Shown: positions 1-11,290, counted from the stretch's first letter. The stretch: DNA of 64,000 nt from Candidatus Krumholzibacteriota bacterium (GCA_963727455.1 CAVSGG010000010.1:64001-128000), one strand, 5' to 3'. Made by a program: numbers and translations. Notes: a model not told the origin generated them from the letters alone.

Positions 1-68
1 AAGCTCTGGCGCGCTCTCTTCGGGTTCCGCGCCACCAATACCGCGCGTTCCGCCGTCAAGCGCTACAA

Positions 69-2114
69 ATGGCCACGGACGGCAAGATCGCCCGGCAACC
101 ACGCCGGAGAGTGCAAGCGCTCTCCGGCGCCCTCGTGCTCAAGGGCGAAGTGGAAGGTGGCGAGGGCCTCGGGGTGCGCGTGGTCCTCTCCGACGGCGCC
201 TCGCTTCCCCTGCGAGAAGAGGATCTCGCTTCGGTCGTGGCGGGCGATCGGGTGGAAGTCTCGCGCCGGAAGATCGAGGGAGTAGCGACGGCGATTTTGC
301 GCCGGGTCTTGCGGGCCCAGGCGCGCGAGGTCCTGGGAAGTTTGCTCGCCGTAGGGAGTCGCTTCGTTCTCATTCCGGAAAGGAAAATTCCCGGGCTTTC
401 CGGCGGGTTTTTCGTGGCAGAAGACATCCGCGTGAAGCCCGAGTGGGCCGATCAATTGGCCCTGGGCGAAATCGCCGCGTTCGATCCCGCGACCGAACGA
501 CCAGAGGTGAAGAAACTCACCCTCCTGGGGCCGGCCGAGATGCCCAAGCCCGCCATGGAGAAACGTATCGCGAGCGAGGGCTGGCCGCGCCGCTTCAGCG
601 AGCGGGCTCTGAGCGAGGCGAATGCGCAACCCGATCCTCTCACCACCCGCGTCGATCTCACCGGGCTCTTGATCTTGAGCATCGATCCACACGATGCCAA
701 GGATCACGACGACGCCGTCTCGCTGGAAGTGCTCGACGAAGGAAAGGTGCGGCTGGGAGTGCACATCGCGGACGTAGCTTCGCGAGTGCGTCCCCACACC
801 AGCTTGGACCAGGAAGCGCGCGCCCGCGCCACCAGCGTTTATCCACCGGGCCAGGTTCTGCCCATGTTGCCCGAATCCCTGTCTTCGCAAGCGTGCAGCC
901 TGCACCACGAGGTGGAGCGGGACGCATTCACCGTGTTTCTGGAGTACGACAGGCAGGCGCAGCGCATACGAGTGGCGCTGGGACCCTCATGCATCAAGAG
1001 CCGCGCGTCTCTCTCGTATCGTCAGGCCCAAGCACTCTTGGAAAAGGACGGTCCGCCTCCTCCGGCCGATAGGCTCGCCAGCGATCTGCAAACGCAACAG
1101 CTCCAGGAGAGCCTGCAGAAGATGTTCGCTCTCGCGCAAAAGTTGCGCGCGAAGCGCGAAGAAAACGGTTCGCTCTTCGTCGAGCGACCCGAGTACGAAG
1201 TCGAATTCGACAGCAGTGGCCACGTCGAGGCACTTCGTGAGAAAACTCCCTTGAGCACGCACTGGATCATCGAGGAATTCATGCTGGAGGCGAATCGTGC
1301 GGTAGCAGAGACGCTTCACTCGGCAGCTCTTCCCCTGCTTTGGCGCGTGCACGAGGACCCGGATGAGATGAAAGTCTCCGAGCTCGTCGGCACGCTGAAG
1401 GAACTGGGCGTGGATTGGTATCCCGACGAGCCGGTGGCGGGCAAGGACTACCAGGATCTATTTCGCCGGGTGAAGGGGAGCCGTCTGGAATCCCTCGTTT
1501 CGCTTTTGGCCCTGCGTTCGCTCATGCGCGCTTCGTATCGCCGAGGTCGCGGTAAGCACTTCGGATTGGCCTTCGATTTCTACACCCATTTCACCTCTCC
1601 CATTCGGCGCTATCCCGATCTGCAGAATCAGCGCTGGTTGCACGCGCTGGTAGCGCGCAAGGGTGGCTGGTTGAACGACGCGCTGAAGGACGCTCGCTCC
1701 CTCGCACAGGAGTCCCTGGCCGAAGCCGCGGATTGGGAGGAGACCCTGCGGCTGGCCGAGCACTGCAGCCAGCAGGAGCGACGCGCCACCTTTCTCGAAC
1801 GGGATTGCCGGGACATCTGTGCCGCCGACTGGCTGGCCGAACGGGTTGGAGAAGAGTGGGAGGGGATCATCACCGGGGTCGTTCGCAGCGGTCTCTTCGT
1901 GGAGCTGCGAGGCTGCGGGATGGACGGATTCGTGAGTGTTGATCAGCTTTCGGGGGACTGGTATACCTACGACGAAAGGCGGAATTGTCTGCTGGGCGAA
2001 CGCACTGGGAAACGCTATGGTCTCGGTCAGCCGGTGCAGGTCTTGCTAAGCCACGTCGATGTGCCCACGGGCCGGGTCTGGCTGCGGGACCTCAAGAAGG
2101 TGCCGGCGCGCTGA
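69..2114 (+). CDS. rnr: Ribonuclease R (RNB/RNase II family 3'-5' exoribonuclease)
   Basis: Catalytic SIDPHDAKDHDDA motif, IEEFMLEAN, YTHFTSPIRRYPDL, C-terminal S1 domain (GLFVEL...GFVSV). Confidence 0.9.
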   Translation: MATDGKIARQPRRRVQALSGALVLKGEVEGGEGLGVRVVLSDGASLPLREEDLASVVAGDRVEVSRRKIEGVATAILRRVLRAQAREVLGSLLAVGSRFVLIPERKIPGLSGGFFVAEDIRVKPEWADQLALGEIAAFDPATERPEVKKLTLLGPAEMPKPAMEKRIASEGWPRRFSERALSEANAQPDPLTTRVDLTGLLILSIDPHDAKDHDDAVSLEVLDEGKVRLGVHIADVASRVRPHTSLDQEARARATSVYPPGQVLPMLPESLSSQACSLHHEVERDAFTVFLEYDRQAQRIRVALGPSCIKSRASLSYRQAQALLEKDGPPPPADRLASDLQTQQLQESLQKMFALAQKLRAKREENGSLFVERPEYEVEFDSSGHVEALREKTPLSTHWIIEEFMLEANRAVAETLHSAALPLLWRVHEDPDEMKVSELVGTLKELGVDWYPDEPVAGKDYQDLFRRVKGSRLESLVSLLALRSLMRASYRRGRGKHFGLAFDFYTHFTSPIRRYPDLQNQRWLHALVARKGGWLNDALKDARSLAQESLAEAADWEETLRLAEHCSQQERRATFLERDCRDICAADWLAERVGEEWEGIITGVVRSGLFVELRGCGMDGFVSVDQLSGDWYTYDERRNCLLGERTGKRYGLGQPVQVLLSHVDVPTGRVWLRDLKKVPAR

Positions 2115-2139
2115 TGGGCTCAGTCAAAAGAGGTATGGC

Positions 2140-2526
2140 ATGAACGAGCGGCCGGCAGTGGAACGCCGTAAATCGGAACGCTACGACGCGCACCTGAACT
2201 TGAAGGTGCACTTCGGAGCCGAGGACCTCGACGAGCAACTCGATGGCATCGCGACCATCAACGTGTCCGCTTCCGGACTCTATTTCGAGAGCAAAAAGTG
2301 GATCGAGCCCATGACCAAATTGGCTCTGAGCTTCGATGTCCCCGTCGATCCCAACGACGGGTCGAAGCTGGAGGAAGTGGCGTGTGAGGGCATCGTCGTG
2401 CGGGTTGCACCGGAAGAGGAGGACCCGGCGGTCCCCAGCTACGAAATTGCCGTGTTCTTCACCACCATCGACGCCGAGAGCCTGCATCACCTGGAAAGCT
2501 ATCTGAGCGTCCGTCTGAGCGCCTGA
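2140..2526 (+). CDS. Stand-alone PilZ-domain protein (c-di-GMP receptor)
   Basis: RxxxR switch (ERRKSERY) and NxSxxG (NVSASG) both present; SD-like AAGAGGT before ATG 2140. Confidence 0.8.
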   Translation: MNERPAVERRKSERYDAHLNLKVHFGAEDLDEQLDGIATINVSASGLYFESKKWIEPMTKLALSFDVPVDPNDGSKLEEVACEGIVVRVAPEEEDPAVPSYEIAVFFTTIDAESLHHLESYLSVRLSA

Positions 2527-2565
2527 TTCCAGCGGCTTGCGCGAATTTTGCGGCGGGGAAATCCC

Positions 2566-2594
2566 TAGACCGCCTATCTTCCCCATGGTAAAAA
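2566..2594 (+). promoter_or_regulatory. Putative sigma-70 promoter for the histidine kinase operon
   Basis: TAGACC-17 nt-TAAAAA with a TG extension. Confidence 0.4.
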
Positions 2595-2653
2595 ACAGGC
2601 CAGGATCGAGTCCCGGGAGCTGAGCTTCGGCCCGACCCGAGAGCAGGAGTGCC

Positions 2654-4351
2654 GTGAGCATTGAACCTACCATGCAGGGCCACAGAACCCTGGCCGCGGA
2701 GCTGAAGGACGCCCGTGCGGAGCTGGCGGCGGCGCACCGCGAGCTGCAGGGAAGAGTTGCGCAGCTGGTGATGCTCTACCGCATCGGACGCGATCTCTCC
2801 AACCACAGCAACTGGGATGAGGCCCTGGGGCGGCTCCTCAGCTCGCTCAAGAGCTTCCTCTCGGCCAAGGGCGCGGGGTTGCTTCTTTGCAGCTCGGGAG
2901 GCAAGACCGTACAGGCGCGCCGCGTGGACGGACTCAGCGGCGAATTGGTGGAGAGAGCTTGCCATGGACTTTCGAGCCTGCCGCCTCGTCGAGAGGACGA
3001 GCCCTATCTTCTGGCCCTCTCGGACATGATGGAGCACCGGCCGGTCCCCTGCGTGGATCGAAAGAAACCGTGGGACGAGACGGTCGTTCCGCTACGGCAC
3101 CGCGATCACGACTTGGGATATCTCCTTCTGGAAAAGCACTACGAGAATGGCGAGTCCATCGCGCGCGACATCTACTTTCTCATCACCATCCAGACCATTC
3201 TCACCGAGGAGGTCGCGGGAGCGCAGGCGGTCAGCGAGCTGCGCAAGTTGCAGCGCTTCCAAGAGCGCACGCTGGACGAGGTGGCAAGTGCCATCGTCAC
3301 CTTCGACGAGAACGGGCGCCGGCTCTACGCCAACCGCAAGGGAAGAGAACTTCTGGGAGAAGAGGATCGCGAGCGGTCGAACCTGCGCATGGGGGGTGAG
3401 GCGGTGGAGCTCTCGGGCTGGGCCGCCCAGGCCGAGGTGGGAGCGCAGCTGGTGGGCGAGGGCTGGCTGAGCTTGCCCGAGGGGGAGTCGATTCCCGTCT
3501 CCCTGCGCGCCACGCGCATAGCGGCGGAAATGCCCGGCGAGCAACATCTGGTGGTGATCTTGGAGGACCAGCGTGCCATGCGCGCACTGGAGATCGAGCG
3601 GCGCCGGGTCTCGCGTCAGCAGGCCGATCTCATCATGGCTGCCGAATGGGCGCACGACGTGCGGACTCCGCTGACGGGGATTCTCCACAGCGCGGAGCTC
3701 TTGTGCGACGCGCTTCCGGAAGATTCCAAGAAGCGGAGACACTTCGAGGTCGTACGGACCGAGGTCGGGCGGATCAACGGACTGGTATCCAATTTCCTGG
3801 ACTTCGCGCGCCCGGTGGTGCTCAAACGCAGCCGCATCGACCTGAGCGCCTTCTGCAGGGAGCTGGTGGAATTCATGCAGGGCGCGGCGGACAAGCGTGG
3901 GCTCAGCCTGCGCTTCGTCGAAGCGAAGGCCGGACTCGAACTCGATGCGGATCCTAGTCAGCTCAAGCAAGTCCTCTTGAATCTGCTGGAGAACGCTTTC
4001 GATGCATCTCCCTTGGGAGGAGAAGTCCTCCTGCGTTTGGACGAAGAGCTGCCGCCGGCCGAGATTCTCGCGCAGCGCTCCACCTCCAAAGTGATCGTCC
4101 TCGAAGTGGAAGATTCGGGAGACGGGGTTCCTCCCGAGGAGATCGAGCGACTCTTCGTGCCCTTCTACACCACCAAGTCTCAGGGCACCGGTCTGGGCTT
4201 GGCGATTTCCGAGAAGGTAATTCGTGCGCACCACGGACACCTTCGTTACCTGCGGCGTGCCGGACGCACCGTCCTGCGCGCGATCATTCCCAAGAGCTCG
4301 ACCGGCGCGGCGAAACGCGGCAGGGCGTCGAAGCTCGAAGCGAGAGGCTGA
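2654..4351 (+). CDS. Cytoplasmic sensor histidine kinase (GAF-like, PAS-like, HisKA, HATPase)
   Basis: H-box AHDVRTPL, N-box QVLLNLLENA, G1 DSGDG, F/G2 PFYTTKSQGTGLGL; SD AGGAG before GTG. Confidence 0.9.
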   Translation: MSIEPTMQGHRTLAAELKDARAELAAAHRELQGRVAQLVMLYRIGRDLSNHSNWDEALGRLLSSLKSFLSAKGAGLLLCSSGGKTVQARRVDGLSGELVERACHGLSSLPPRREDEPYLLALSDMMEHRPVPCVDRKKPWDETVVPLRHRDHDLGYLLLEKHYENGESIARDIYFLITIQTILTEEVAGAQAVSELRKLQRFQERTLDEVASAIVTFDENGRRLYANRKGRELLGEEDRERSNLRMGGEAVELSGWAAQAEVGAQLVGEGWLSLPEGESIPVSLRATRIAAEMPGEQHLVVILEDQRAMRALEIERRRVSRQQADLIMAAEWAHDVRTPLTGILHSAELLCDALPEDSKKRRHFEVVRTEVGRINGLVSNFLDFARPVVLKRSRIDLSAFCRELVEFMQGAADKRGLSLRFVEAKAGLELDADPSQLKQVLLNLLENAFDASPLGGEVLLRLDEELPPAEILAQRSTSKVIVLEVEDSGDGVPPEEIERLFVPFYTTKSQGTGLGLAISEKVIRAHHGHLRYLRRAGRTVLRAIIPKSSTGAAKRGRASKLEARG

Positions 4352-4355
4352 TGGA

Positions 4356-5771
4356 ATGTCTCCAAAGAACGTGATTCTGATTTGCGACGACCAGGCGACG
4401 ATTCGCACTTCGCTCAAGGAGACTCTGAGTGAGGCCGGCCACGAAGTTCTGGAGGCCGCCGACGGTGCGTCTGCCTTGAAGATTCTCGGCGAGCGGCAGC
4501 CCCACTTGGTTTTGCTCGACCTAAAACTTCCTGACACGAGTGGGGTGGAAGTGCTGCGCAAGGTGCGGGATTCGGGAAGCAAGGTGCCGGTGATCTTGAT
4601 GACCGCGTACGGAGATCTTCCGACCGCGGTGGAGGCGATGAAACTCGGCGCCTACGATTTCGTGCAGAAGCCGTATCGCCTTTCCGACATGCGGGCCAAG
4701 GTCAGTGGCGCGCTCAAGGTGCAGAGCCGCGCCAAAGAGCGGGTCCGCAACGGCGGCGATGCCATGGGCGGGCGCTACCTCGCCATGCTTCGCACGACTC
4801 CCTGCATGGAGGACATCGTCAAGAAAATCGAGAAGGTGGGCAAGAGCCGCGCGGGCAACGAAATTTCGGTGCTCATCCAGGCCGAGAGCGGTTGTGGAAA
4901 GGAGCTCGTGGCTCGAGCCATCCACGAGGTGAGTCATCCCGGTGCTCCGTTCATGGAGATCAACTGCGCGGCGGTTCCGGAGAGTCTCCTGGAGAGCGAG
5001 CTGTTCGGACACGAAAAGGGCGCTTTCACCGACGCGCGCAGCGCCAAGGAAGGACTCTTCGAACTGGCCGGACAGGGCACGATCTTCCTGGACGAAATCG
5101 GAGAGATGGGCGTGACTTTGCAGAGCCGATTGCTGCGCGTGATCGAATATGGGCGGTTTCGACGGGTGGGCGGTAAGAGCGACAAGGAGGTCAAGGCGCG
5201 CATCGTGGCCGCGACGAACCGGCAACTGGACAAGGCGATCGAGAACGGGCTTTTCCGCAACGATCTCTACTATCGCCTCCAGGTGATCGAGGTGAAAATC
5301 CCGCCGCTGAGAGAACGCCCGGGCGATCTGCGCCATTTGGTGAACGTCTTCATCGAGAACTTCAACGAGGAATTGGAACTCTCGTGTAGGCCGGCCTCCG
5401 ACGCGTTGCTGGAGGTTCTGCAGTCCTATCCCTGGCCGGGGAACGTGCGCGAGCTGAGGAACATGATTCGCCGTCTCATGATCTTGGAAGAACCCGAAGA
5501 GATCACGGTGGAAATCTTGCCCGAACACGTGCGGGCCGGAGTGAATCCGCGCGACGGACTGGCCAATGACGTGCACCGCATCGGGAGGGAGATTCTGCCC
5601 CTGGCGGCGGTCGAGAGAATCCAGCTTTTGTATACCCTGGATCAGGTGGGGCAGAACAAGAGCAAGGCGGCGCGCATCCTGGGGATTTCCCGGCAGACTC
5701 TGCGGGAGAAGCTGAAGAGTTACCAGACCCAGGAAGTGGAGGAGCCGAAGTCCGGGGAAGCTCGAGCCTGA
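4356..5771 (+). CDS. Sigma-54-dependent response regulator (NtrC family: REC-AAA+-Fis HTH)
   Basis: REC (CDD, LLDLKLP, MTAYG, QKP), Walker A AESGCGKE, GAFTDA loop, FLDEIG, WPGNVREL, C-terminal HTH; ATG 5 nt after the kinase stop. Confidence 0.92.
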   Translation: MSPKNVILICDDQATIRTSLKETLSEAGHEVLEAADGASALKILGERQPHLVLLDLKLPDTSGVEVLRKVRDSGSKVPVILMTAYGDLPTAVEAMKLGAYDFVQKPYRLSDMRAKVSGALKVQSRAKERVRNGGDAMGGRYLAMLRTTPCMEDIVKKIEKVGKSRAGNEISVLIQAESGCGKELVARAIHEVSHPGAPFMEINCAAVPESLLESELFGHEKGAFTDARSAKEGLFELAGQGTIFLDEIGEMGVTLQSRLLRVIEYGRFRRVGGKSDKEVKARIVAATNRQLDKAIENGLFRNDLYYRLQVIEVKIPPLRERPGDLRHLVNVFIENFNEELELSCRPASDALLEVLQSYPWPGNVRELRNMIRRLMILEEPEEITVEILPEHVRAGVNPRDGLANDVHRIGREILPLAAVERIQLLYTLDQVGQNKSKAARILGISRQTLREKLKSYQTQEVEEPKSGEARA

Positions 5772-5834
5772 TGCGCCGAGGCTCGCCGGCGAAAGGCGAC
5801 TTCGGACTATCATCTTTCCCGCGACGGAGACGAC

Positions 5835-7334
<1,500 letters not shown>

Positions 7335-7458
7335 GCCAGCGCGAGCTCGGATCCGGGCTGGCGCGCACGGGGGCGCGCACGGTATACTCTCTCTAGCTGC
7401 CAATCACTTGCTGGAAATCGACCCCTGTAGAATTTGGCGTCCCTTTTGGGGAGGAACT

Positions 7459-8577
7459 GTGCGTAGACTCGCCTTCTTGCGTCCAATTACCTACTTGCTC
7501 CCGCTGTTCTTGCTGATGGCGATGCCGAATCCGGCATCCGCGACGAAGTACGCCGGTGCGTTCATGGCCGACGGGGGGGGAGCCCGGGCTCTGGGAATGG
7601 GGAGCGCTTTCGTGGCGGTGGCCGACGACGCCAGCGCCACCTTCTTCAATCCCGCTGGACTCGCCGGTCAGGAAAAGCGCAGCCTTCTCATCATGCACAG
7701 CGAGCGCTTTGGCAAGCTCATCAACCGGGACTTCGCGGCCTACGTTCAGCCGCTGGGGGGCGACGCCGAGCAGACTCTGGGTCTCACCGTCATCCGCCTG
7801 GGGCTGGACAACATTCCCTTCACGGCCGGCCTCGTGAGCGTGCTGGATGATCCGACGAACGGCGGCAACGGGAATGGTGTGTTGGACGACGACGAGGCAG
7901 CACGCATTTTCCAGTTCCGCGACCAAATTCAGTACAAGAGCGATCAGGAATGGGCGTTCATGGGTTCGTATGCGCGCAAAGCGGGCGCTTGGCGCGTTGG
8001 GGGCAACATCAAGGTCATCCGCCAGAGCATCGCCGACTACAGCTCCTTCGGCCTGGGAATCGATCTGGGAGTGTTGCGCAGAAACTGGTGGAAGAGACTC
8101 GACGTGGGTGTGAAGTTCCAGGACGCCACTTCGACCTACCTATCTTGGAGCACGGGCACCAACGAGACCATCGCGCCCGTTCTGGTTCCCGGGGTGGCCT
8201 ATGATTGGGTGATCCCCTCTTGGAACCTGAGCATCCTGGCCAGTAGCGCCTTGGAGACTCACTTCGACAATCGCAATGGGGACATACCCGAGGGCAGAGA
8301 CGCCAACGGGGTGAGCGGAGCCGATCAGTTCTCCTGGAGCGGCTTGGGCATGTCCAGTGTCAGCTCAAACCTCTACTTGGGTCTGGAGCTCTCGATGAGT
8401 CATCGAGTCGATTTGAGGGTGGGAAGCCACGGCGGTTTCGGAAGCGAGGACTGGACTTTCGGGGCCGGTCTGGATCTGCGCCCCCTGCGCGTGGACTACG
8501 CCTTTGCGGGTGACGAACTCCAGCTCGACTCGTCCTCCGGTTTCACGCACCGCGTGAGTCTGGGAGTCAGCTTCTGA
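7459..8577 (+). CDS. PorV/PorQ (FadL-like) outer-membrane beta-barrel protein
   Basis: Signal peptide, GARALGMGSAFVAVADDASATFFNPAGL family motif, amphipathic strands, terminal HRVSLGVSF; SD GGGGAGGA before GTG 7459. Confidence 0.75.
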   Translation: MRRLAFLRPITYLLPLFLLMAMPNPASATKYAGAFMADGGGARALGMGSAFVAVADDASATFFNPAGLAGQEKRSLLIMHSERFGKLINRDFAAYVQPLGGDAEQTLGLTVIRLGLDNIPFTAGLVSVLDDPTNGGNGNGVLDDDEAARIFQFRDQIQYKSDQEWAFMGSYARKAGAWRVGGNIKVIRQSIADYSSFGLGIDLGVLRRNWWKRLDVGVKFQDATSTYLSWSTGTNETIAPVLVPGVAYDWVIPSWNLSILASSALETHFDNRNGDIPEGRDANGVSGADQFSWSGLGMSSVSSNLYLGLELSMSHRVDLRVGSHGGFGSEDWTFGAGLDLRPLRVDYAFAGDELQLDSSSGFTHRVSLGVSF

Positions 8578-8587
8578 GAGGATCACG

Positions 8588-9199
8588 GTGAGCATCACCG
8601 CTCCGCGAATTCTCGCGATCACCCCGGCGGATCAGGATCCCATGCAACTGCGCGAACTGCTTCCCGAGCTTTGGGGGCTGGTGGACGCGGTGTATCTGCG
8701 TTGGCCGCGCCTGAGCGCGCGTGCGTGTTACTTCCATGCTCGCTCGCTCGCGCAAGGACCGCGGCGTCCCGCTCTTATCCTGAACGAACGCGCGGACATT
8801 GCTGTGCTCAGCAGAGTGGAGGGAGTTCAGCTGCGGGACGACGGGATCGCGCCGTGGAAGCTGCCTGCCTCGCTGCGTCCTTCCCTGGTGGGAGTGAGCC
8901 GACACGATGCGAGGGGACTGCGTAGGCTCGAGGGAGCCGACTACGCGCTGCTCTCACCCATCTTCAGCACCGACAGTAAGCCCGGCGCGACTCCCTTGGG
9001 GCTCGGGCAGCTGCAGATTCTCGCGAAGGAGACCAGGACCCCCCTGCTCGCTTTGGGGGGAATCCGGCCGGAACACGTGGAATCGGTCCTGGACTCCGGA
9101 GCCCACGGAGTGGCGGTGCTCAGTGGCATCCTGGGCGCGTCCGATCCAGCGGCGCGCGCCCGAGAGTACCGAGAAGCGCTCCTTGCGGCTCTGCGGTAG
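8588..9199 (+). CDS. Thiamine phosphate synthase / TenI-like protein
   Basis: GVSRH, DYALLSPIFSTDSKPG, LALGGI, GVAVLSGI motifs of the ThiE/TenI barrel; some active-site motifs diverge. Confidence 0.7.
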   Translation: MSITAPRILAITPADQDPMQLRELLPELWGLVDAVYLRWPRLSARACYFHARSLAQGPRRPALILNERADIAVLSRVEGVQLRDDGIAPWKLPASLRPSLVGVSRHDARGLRRLEGADYALLSPIFSTDSKPGATPLGLGQLQILAKETRTPLLALGGIRPEHVESVLDSGAHGVAVLSGILGASDPAARAREYREALLAALR

Positions 9200-9229
9200 G
9201 ACCACGACGGGCACGAAAGGTGTGGCCGC

Positions 9230-11170
9230 TCAGTTGGGCATCATCTCGCGAATCTGCAGGCGATCACCCGGGAAGATCCGAGACTTGCTGTTGAGATTGT
9301 TCCAACGCAGCAAGTCGGTGAGCTGGATGCGAAAGCGGCGGCTGATCGCGCTGAGAGTGTCTCCCTTGCGCACGGTGTAGCTCGTCGCCGTCGAGTTCGC
9401 GGCCGCGAGCAAGCTGGCTCCCTCGACTTTCTTACCCTTCGGGACGTGCAGAACGAGTTTCTGCCCCGGATAGATGCGGTCGTGGCGAATGGAGTTGATG
9501 CGGCGGATCGAGGTGACCGTGCTCCCACTCTTTCGGGCGATGGCAACCAGCGTATCGCCGCGACGCACTTTGTAAGACCATGCCGCCTGATCCGGTGGAG
9601 GCGGAGCGAGAGAGGCCCGAGAGGACCGGTGAGAACTCGTCTCCGCGATCTGCACTCCACGCGGATAGGGGATGGTCAATACGCGACCCGCGCGGATGCG
9701 GCGGGCGTTGCTGATGCCGTTGATCTGCATGATCGAATGGACCGAAGTGTGATAACGGCGCGCGATCAAGCCGAGGGTTTCGCCCCGACGCAGACGGTGC
9801 TTGCGCCAGGTGATGCGCTCGTTCTCGGGAATCTTCGCCAAGGCCTCCAAGGCGCCATCCGCGTCGCCCGCGGGTACGCGCAGACCATAGTCCTTGCGTC
9901 CGGGAGGCGTGACGCCGGCCAAGAGCTGCGGGTTGAGCGCGCGCAGGGCCGAGGTCGAAATTCCGGTGGCCTTGGAGACCTGGGTGAGGCTGTAGGCGTC
10001 GTCCAAGGACAATCGATCGAAGCTGAGAGGTTCTCCCTCGATGCCGTCGAAGCCGTAGCGCCCGGGCTCGCGCACGATGCGCGCGGCCGCGATGAACTTG
10101 GGCACGTACTCTCGCGTTTCGCGCGGCAGGCGCATGGTCCAGTAATCGGCCTCCCCCGAGAGCCCGATGGCGCGCTGGATGCGGTACTCCCCCGAGTTGT
10201 AGGCGGCGAGCGCGAGGGCCCAGTCCTGGAACATCCGGTGCAAGAGGGCGAAGTGTTTGGCCGCGGCTCGGGTGGACATCTCGATGTCCCTGCGTTCGTC
10301 GATCCACTCGTCGACCTGCAGACCGCGGTGGCGCGCGGTGCTGCGCATGAACTGCCACCAGCCCACGGCACCTGCGCGACTGCGAATCTTGGGCTGCAGC
10401 CCGGATTCGATCATGGCCGCGCACACCAACTCGCTGGGTAGATTCTCTTCCTCCAGAATGGACGCCATGGTCGGGCCGTAGCGCTGGTAGCGGGCCAGCC
10501 AACGGCTGAACTGCGGGCGCCCGCGGCCCTGGTAGTACTGCATCCACTTCTCGACCTTGGGATTGTCCACCGCCAAGAGGGCATCCAGCGAACCCGAGTC
10601 GGGCTCGCTGTCCTGCGGCAGGAGGAACTCGGGAAGCCCGTAGCGGGTCTGCAAGCTGTCGTAGACATCGTCCAGGCTCTGGTCGATGGGAGCGTAGCTG
10701 TCCTTGAAGAAGCGCTCTTCGGCCAGAATCTCGCTGTAATAGTCCAGCTTGCGTCTCAGCGAGGAAAGATACAGGACGGCTAGGCTGTCGTCGTCGGAGG
10801 CCTGGATGCCGTCCAGTCCCTGCTTGAGCAGGAGGAAGTGTTCCTCGGCCAGATCGAGCTTGTTCTGGCTGTAGGCCTCGCTGCCGTGGCGGTAGAGCTC
10901 CTCAAGGGGCGTGAAATCGGGATGCGAGCGCAAGATCTTGTCCTGCAGGCTCTCGTCCACCATCGCCGGCGCCTCGATCGTGAGGGAGTCCGCGAAATCC
11001 AGGGTCGAATCGTCTTCCGTGGAGGCGTAGAGGGCCTCCGCGTTCAACGCGGGGCGCGGAGCGGGGGTCGAAGTTGCGCAACCGCTAGCCGCTAGCGCAA
11101 AAATGAGAGCCAGTCCCAGGAGGGAGGGGCGTGAGACGAAGAGTCCGTGTCGTAGCGCAAAATTTCCCAT
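9230..11170 (-). CDS. MltD-like membrane-bound lytic murein transglycosylase with LysM repeats (lipoprotein)
   Basis: Lipobox LAASGC, SLT motifs AMIESG, GWWQFM, ALAAYNSG, LPRETREYVPK; C-terminal LysM domains (RRGETL, RRGDTL, RKGDTL). Confidence 0.88.
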   Translation of the reverse strand: MGNFALRHGLFVSRPSLLGLALIFALAASGCATSTPAPRPALNAEALYASTEDDSTLDFADSLTIEAPAMVDESLQDKILRSHPDFTPLEELYRHGSEAYSQNKLDLAEEHFLLLKQGLDGIQASDDDSLAVLYLSSLRRKLDYYSEILAEERFFKDSYAPIDQSLDDVYDSLQTRYGLPEFLLPQDSEPDSGSLDALLAVDNPKVEKWMQYYQGRGRPQFSRWLARYQRYGPTMASILEEENLPSELVCAAMIESGLQPKIRSRAGAVGWWQFMRSTARHRGLQVDEWIDERRDIEMSTRAAAKHFALLHRMFQDWALALAAYNSGEYRIQRAIGLSGEADYWTMRLPRETREYVPKFIAAARIVREPGRYGFDGIEGEPLSFDRLSLDDAYSLTQVSKATGISTSALRALNPQLLAGVTPPGRKDYGLRVPAGDADGALEALAKIPENERITWRKHRLRRGETLGLIARRYHTSVHSIMQINGISNARRIRAGRVLTIPYPRGVQIAETSSHRSSRASLAPPPPDQAAWSYKVRRGDTLVAIARKSGSTVTSIRRINSIRHDRIYPGQKLVLHVPKGKKVEGASLLAAANSTATSYTVRKGDTLSAISRRFRIQLTDLLRWNNLNSKSRIFPGDRLQIREMMPN

Positions 11171-11281
11171 CGTGCCCTGCGAGGTCGAAAGTTGACTGTC
11201 GAAAAGGTGATTTGGTCACACCCTAAGGTTTCCTACGGCGAAAGGGCAAGGAAGCTTTGTGCCGAAGCGGAGCTCCGGCTG

Positions 11282-11290
11282 TGTTAAGAT
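11282..11290 (+). promoter_or_regulatory. Extended -10 element upstream of the diguanylate cyclase
   Basis: TG-T-TAAGAT about 45 nt before ATG 11336. Confidence 0.35.

Noticed and set aside
379-412. Terminator-like stem and T-run inside rnr
   Set aside because: Imperfect stem within coding sequence, explained by the encoded RKIPGLSGGFF.
2596-2653. Possible riboswitch in the kinase 5' leader (contains a UUCG loop)
   Set aside because: Too short and no match to riboswitch consensus features I know, including the c-di-GMP classes.
11246-11264. Minus-strand GGCAC element upstream of the MltD-like gene as a sigma-54 promoter
   Set aside because: The -12 position reads TTCC rather than TTGC at the required spacing.
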